Shown here in pieces: positions 59,852-64,000 of a stretch of 64,000 bases of DNA. The first letter of the stretch is position 1. Every line of letters begins with the position of its first letter. The stretch spans positions 2,642,747 through 2,706,746 of the forward strand of contig SMSO01000037.1 of the NCBI GenBank assembly GCA_004764695.1, in the 5' to 3' direction. The notes below the pieces were generated by a model, which made no database searches, was not told where the DNA came from, and worked only from the letters and a program-made list of their open reading frames with translations. Position numbers and translations under genes: made by a program. Source of the stretch: Schizochytrium sp. TIO01. Lineage: Eukaryota; Protista; Bigyra: Labyrinthulomycetes.

Positions 59852-62800
59852 TTACACGCGGATGCTCTTGGCGCGCATAGGGTTAGCCGCAGAAGTAGGG
59901 GTCTTGGCAGATTGCTCCTTGGTGTTTTGAACCTTACGTAAGTCAAAGATAATATCATAAATCTCCCATGCCTGCAACGTGTTCAGCACAACATCAAACC
60001 CATCATTCCGCAAAAAGCTGAATGAGCTAGATGCTCCACCCTTCATTTCACCCTTGAGGTCCTTCGGCTTAATTCCTCCAAAGCGTCTGGAGTTGCGATC
60101 ACCGGCCTTCAGAGCACTTTTCTTGACCTTCATCCAGAACACAGAGCTAGTTGCGCCAAACTTCTTGATTGCCTTGAGCGGAAATGAACGAACAATTGAA
60201 GTACGCTGAGAATCCAAAATATGAACACCACGCTGATCAACACCAATTACATATTGAGCGCTGCTTTCAGTATCACCACGTGTGGCATAGAACAATGCCA
60301 TACCATACGCTGGCGCGGTAGATGCAATGTCGACGTAGCGCTGGCGCAAAGCCTGAGGACCTGCAGAGCCTAGATCAACCTCAGTTGTAATCATCTTGGC
60401 AAAGTAGTCGACACTGCGAGTATCCAACCAGGTGCTTGGGATGAATTTAGCCAAGTCTGCGTCAATAAGCTCATCCGGATCAGACATGTCCAGGCCGGAT
60501 TCGCTGTCCAAAGCAACCGCAATAGCAGCGAGCTCAGCAACATCATGCTCTGAGGTTATTGTGAGCAAACCAGACAAAACATCCATTAATACCTGTTGAA
60601 ACAGCTGCAGATCAGCCCGACCCTTGTCTGGGATGAAGCGGCGCTTAAAAGAGAACTGAGGCTCGCGATCTTGTTTGGCCAAGTTCTGGTAAACAGCACC
60701 AGGAAAGACCCAGTACGGCAGAGGCCAGGCAGCTTGAGGAGCAGGACCTGCTTTTGGAGGTACGTTGTGCACACGCATTAACTTGGTCGCTGCGCGAGCA
60801 GCTGTAATCGGCAGCCGCAAGCCCTGGGAAAACCGAGTGCTTGTGCTTCGTACGCTGCCGGAAACGCTGCTGTTATCGCTCATGATCTTGCCGGGTTCTT
60901 CACCATACTTGTCACGAAGACGCTGAAACAATTCATCCTCACGACCACGCCAGTATGAGATATAAGTCTCAACGTGTGCAAGTTTCTCAGTGTTGTAGAA
61001 CTTGAAGAACTTGATAAGACGGTCACGTAAATCATCATTCGAGGTTTGTGAGGTGTCTTTAATGAAGATTGCGTAAGCGGGGCGCGTTACAGCATCGAGA
61101 ATTCCTGTCTTTGCGCGAACAAGCTTGTGAATCGACTCTACACGCTGGTCAGGACTGCAAGGCAAAATCACGGTCGTGCCATCGACAATGTTAATCGACA
61201 TGAGCACAGGAGGTCTACGTTTGTAATGCGCAAGCTCTTCAGGAGAAGGCTTGAAGAGGGATGCGCCAAGTGCAATCGAAGGCCCTGTCTGGGCGAGACA
61301 AAGACGTGCGAAGTTGCCCACCAGGCTGGGACGCGTACGGTTCTCGAGCAAGAAGTTCAAGAAAAACGGTGTAAACTGTTCTGAGGGCCCAAAATACTTC
61401 GTAGCAGCACAAAGCAAGAGCCAGGCGTTGTGCTCACTCTGCTGGAACACATTTCCGCGTAGGTGCTTGATGATCTGCAAGAGCACCTCATCAGCAATTC
61501 GCGGGTCTTCCAGACCACGAACAACCACAAACTGAGCGAGACCGGCAGAGTTGTTCGCGTTCATGTCACCACAATACTGCAACAAAGCCTGATTGACACG
61601 AACTGCAATGACCTCTTGGTCCTCGTCCAATTCGGTGAGAGACTTTGGAATAACATTGCGCGAGGACCAGAGCTTCATGTCAGCCTCCTTGTTGCGTTCG
61701 TTTGGAGGAACCATCTCAGTGTAGTCCTCATCTGCACGGATACGCCAGTAGTTTTTGAGTTGATACCTCTCACCGTTATTAGATTCGGCCTCATGCATCA
61801 TTGTTTGAAAGTCCTCCGTGTCCATATTCTTGAGCCTGTCGCGATCGAGTTCGTCGCGTTCTTCCGGAGTAGCATACCGCAGAAGGGATGCGCGGTGCTC
61901 GCGGGCGCGGCGAGTATCGATACGATCGAGAGCCATACGAATCTTCTCGAGGTGCCGCACCTCCTCGGCGACCTTGCGAGCATCTGCAGTTTCCATGCCC
62001 AGATGCTGAGCTGCGAGAAGAGCTGCAAGAAGAGCCGGGAAGGTGTTTGCATCCAAGGCATCTCGCAGCTGCTGCTGTACGGCTAGCTGACGCTGCATTC
62101 GGTCCAAGTAATTAACAGCAGATTTCAGTTCAGGCTCGTTGGTCTCGTCATATCCCTTTTCGCGAGCAGCTTCGATGGCTTCTGCGAGGGGGTCGAGGTC
62201 CTCCTCAGTAAGTCCATCCAAGTTGCGAGAACGGCTGCCAAGTAGGTTCATTTCGACCGTAACACGATTGATGAGACGCTTACGCTCCTCGAGCTCTTCG
62301 CGAAGACGAAGAGCCTCGTCAAAAATACCGCCGGATGCACCAAGCTCTACAATGCGAATGCGAATAGCGTTGAGCTTGTCCAAGTTGCGGCTGTCAATTG
62401 CCTTTTGGGTATCGACTTCAAGCTTGGCCATCGCCTCCTTGCGAGCCTTGGACTCCTGAGCAATTTTCTTTGTAAGGCGCTGAGCTTCCTTTACCGAAGG
62501 ATGGTTTGCAGCGCCGATATCAACAAGAGCCTGTACGAGTACCTCCATCTCAGCAACATCTTTGCGAGAAATGGCTGCCTCAAGTTGCTCCACGAGACGA
62601 CCTTCTTCTTCAAGACGATCCAGAAGGGCACGTGCAGTGCGAGCCTCGTTAGAGCTTCCAAGGCCGTACTTGTTAGCCTGCTCAAGTGCAGCTGTTAAAG
62701 CATCGATATCACGAGCATCAATAGCTTTCTGCAGCGCAGAGATTGCCGTTGTTTCCTCCTCGTGGCGATGAAGCAGCTCGCAAGCACGCTCAACTTCGGG

Positions 62801-64000
62801 GCGATCTCCAAGACCCATTTTTTCAGCTGATTCAACGAGACCAGGCAAAGAGTCAACATCGCGAGCATCCACAGCGAGGTCAATTGCAGCCAAGAGTTCT
62901 TCTTCTTGCTTAATCTCTGCTAACACGCGCTTAGCACGCTCGATGAGAGAGATATTACGACCTGCGTTCGGCAAGGAAGAAGCAAACGGAATTGCAGCCT
63001 CCAGAATCGTGCGGTTGCGCCTAGAAATACCCTTCTCAAGCTCCTTAAAGGCATCGCGAATTCGCACGTAGCGACTGCGGCATAGGTAGCCACGCACATT
63101 AGATTGGATTTTAACAACGACATCACGGAGAGCATCTTCACGAAGGGTGGTAAGTCTATCGTACTGTACGGCACGCATGAACACCTTGGTCTTACCTTTT
63201 TGCCATTCGGTGCCAAAGAGCGTGCCGTCTGCCGTCAAAAGACGAATCAAGTCATTGTTGTCCTTGGCTTCAGGATGGATACAACGGAAGAGATGGAAGA
63301 ATTCATCGTGATCTTTCCGGATCGGGTAACCCATTTGCCGAATACGGCACACTTCTAGCAGACCAGCATAGCGAAGTTGGTCGAGCACGAGAGGGGCTTC
63401 GAAAAAGTGCGGGACTTTTTTGGAGTTTGGCTTGATAGTGCGCACGAAGTGGGGCTCAGTAACACTCAGACGCAGCATGAGAGAGTCAAGCTGATCCTGG
63501 AACTTACGGCCGAGTGTCTTACGACTTGCGTTTTTGCCTCGTCGCTTGCCAGAAGAACCACTATCCTCATCAGGGGTCGGCTCGAATAGCTCGCGCATAA
63601 GCTCCACATCCGAGGTCTGGACAACCTGGACAAGATCATCGCGTAAAACGTCACGATTCTTCTCAAGAAAACCTGTAGCATCATACATCACTTCACCAGC
63701 AAAGTGAACAATGATAAATGAGGACCGTGCAAGAGGGTTGTTACGCATCTCCTTGACATTCGGGGCCTTCAGAATGACCTTGCCGCTTCCGCTGATACCG
63801 GATGAAGCAGAGCTTCCGCCTGCGCCACCGCGAAGCATGGCACTGGCTGCGCGGCTTACTTTACGGAATTTCTCCATGTGGAAGCTGCTCTTGCGACCCT
63901 TACTACTTTCTTCAATACCTGCCTTTTGGTTTTGATCTTCGTCATCACCGTCAGAGGGCTCAGGGGAAGGCTCGTCTTTAGCTGCTGCAGCGGCAGATGC
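59852..64000 (-). CDS. Unconventional myosin heavy chain (partial motor, one IQ, helical repeats, MyTH4-FERM), 5'-truncated by the window edge
   Basis: Motor motifs FIIVHFAGEVMY, FLEKNRD, EPHFVRTIKPN, QLRYAGLLE, GKTKVFMR; IQ motif IQSNVRGYLCR; MyTH4 (LLQYCGD, DEVLLQIIKHL, AWLLL); FERM (FSFKRRF, PAYGMALF, IGVDQRGVHIL). The frame stays open for 41 more codons from 63878 to 64000, so ATG 63877 is internal. Confidence 0.95.
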   Translation of the reverse strand, partial: ASAAAAAKDEPSPEPSDGDDEDQNQKAGIEESSKGRKSSFHMEKFRKVSRAASAMLRGGAGGSSASSGISGSGKVILKAPNVKEMRNNPLARSSFIIVHFAGEVMYDATGFLEKNRDVLRDDLVQVVQTSDVELMRELFEPTPDEDSGSSGKRRGKNASRKTLGRKFQDQLDSLMLRLSVTEPHFVRTIKPNSKKVPHFFEAPLVLDQLRYAGLLEVCRIRQMGYPIRKDHDEFFHLFRCIHPEAKDNNDLIRLLTADGTLFGTEWQKGKTKVFMRAVQYDRLTTLREDALRDVVVKIQSNVRGYLCRSRYVRIRDAFKELEKGISRRNRTILEAAIPFASSLPNAGRNISLIERAKRVLAEIKQEEELLAAIDLAVDARDVDSLPGLVESAEKMGLGDRPEVERACELLHRHEEETTAISALQKAIDARDIDALTAALEQANKYGLGSSNEARTARALLDRLEEEGRLVEQLEAAISRKDVAEMEVLVQALVDIGAANHPSVKEAQRLTKKIAQESKARKEAMAKLEVDTQKAIDSRNLDKLNAIRIRIVELGASGGIFDEALRLREELEERKRLINRVTVEMNLLGSRSRNLDGLTEEDLDPLAEAIEAAREKGYDETNEPELKSAVNYLDRMQRQLAVQQQLRDALDANTFPALLAALLAAQHLGMETADARKVAEEVRHLEKIRMALDRIDTRRAREHRASLLRYATPEERDELDRDRLKNMDTEDFQTMMHEAESNNGERYQLKNYWRIRADEDYTEMVPPNERNKEADMKLWSSRNVIPKSLTELDEDQEVIAVRVNQALLQYCGDMNANNSAGLAQFVVVRGLEDPRIADEVLLQIIKHLRGNVFQQSEHNAWLLLCAATKYFGPSEQFTPFFLNFLLENRTRPSLVGNFARLCLAQTGPSIALGASLFKPSPEELAHYKRRPPVLMSINIVDGTTVILPCSPDQRVESIHKLVRAKTGILDAVTRPAYAIFIKDTSQTSNDDLRDRLIKFFKFYNTEKLAHVETYISYWRGREDELFQRLRDKYGEEPGKIMSDNSSVSGSVRSTSTRFSQGLRLPITAARAATKLMRVHNVPPKAGPAPQAAWPLPYWVFPGAVYQNLAKQDREPQFSFKRRFIPDKGRADLQLFQQVLMDVLSGLLTITSEHDVAELAAIAVALDSESGLDMSDPDELIDADLAKFIPSTWLDTRSVDYFAKMITTEVDLGSAGPQALRQRYVDIASTAPAYGMALFYATRGDTESSAQYVIGVDQRGVHILDSQRTSIVRSFPLKAIKKFGATSSVFWMKVKKSALKAGDRNSRRFGGIKPKDLKGEMKGGASSSFSFLRNDGFDVVLNTLQAWEIYDIIFDLRKVQNTKEQSAKTPTSAANPMRAKSIRV

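Noticed and set aside
61463-62086. 207-aa and other antisense or overlapping ORFs within the large genes
   Set aside because: Shadow frames of real coding sequence with no independent motifs.

Overview
Eukaryotic nuclear DNA, not prokaryotic. Seven complete and one 5'-truncated long, apparently intronless protein genes sit among microsatellite-rich non-coding DNA. The style and gene content suggest a stramenopile protist, most likely a thraustochytrid/labyrinthulomycete (inference, no database check). In order: a CNBD-family K+ channel (+); a 22-kb gene desert; a split-PH AGC kinase with a ~170-aa activation-loop insert (+); an RGS-plus-3TM protein resembling fungal Rax1 (-); a Maf/YhdE pyrophosphatase (+); a plant-MKP1-like dual-specificity phosphatase (-); a cytosolic PAS hybrid histidine kinase (-); a 14-kb desert; a membrane-anchored JmjC protein (+); and a MyTH4-FERM myosin (-) running off the right edge. 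I found no rRNA, tRNA, CRISPR array, intact transposon or viral block, and no self-evident new multi-gene system. The best leads are unusual protein architectures (JmjC fused to a degenerate CASD1/SGNH-like domain, Rax1-like RGS, myosin inserts and repeats, kinase inserts), long ATG-free leaders, and structure in the two deserts. All family calls come from motif recognition by eye.
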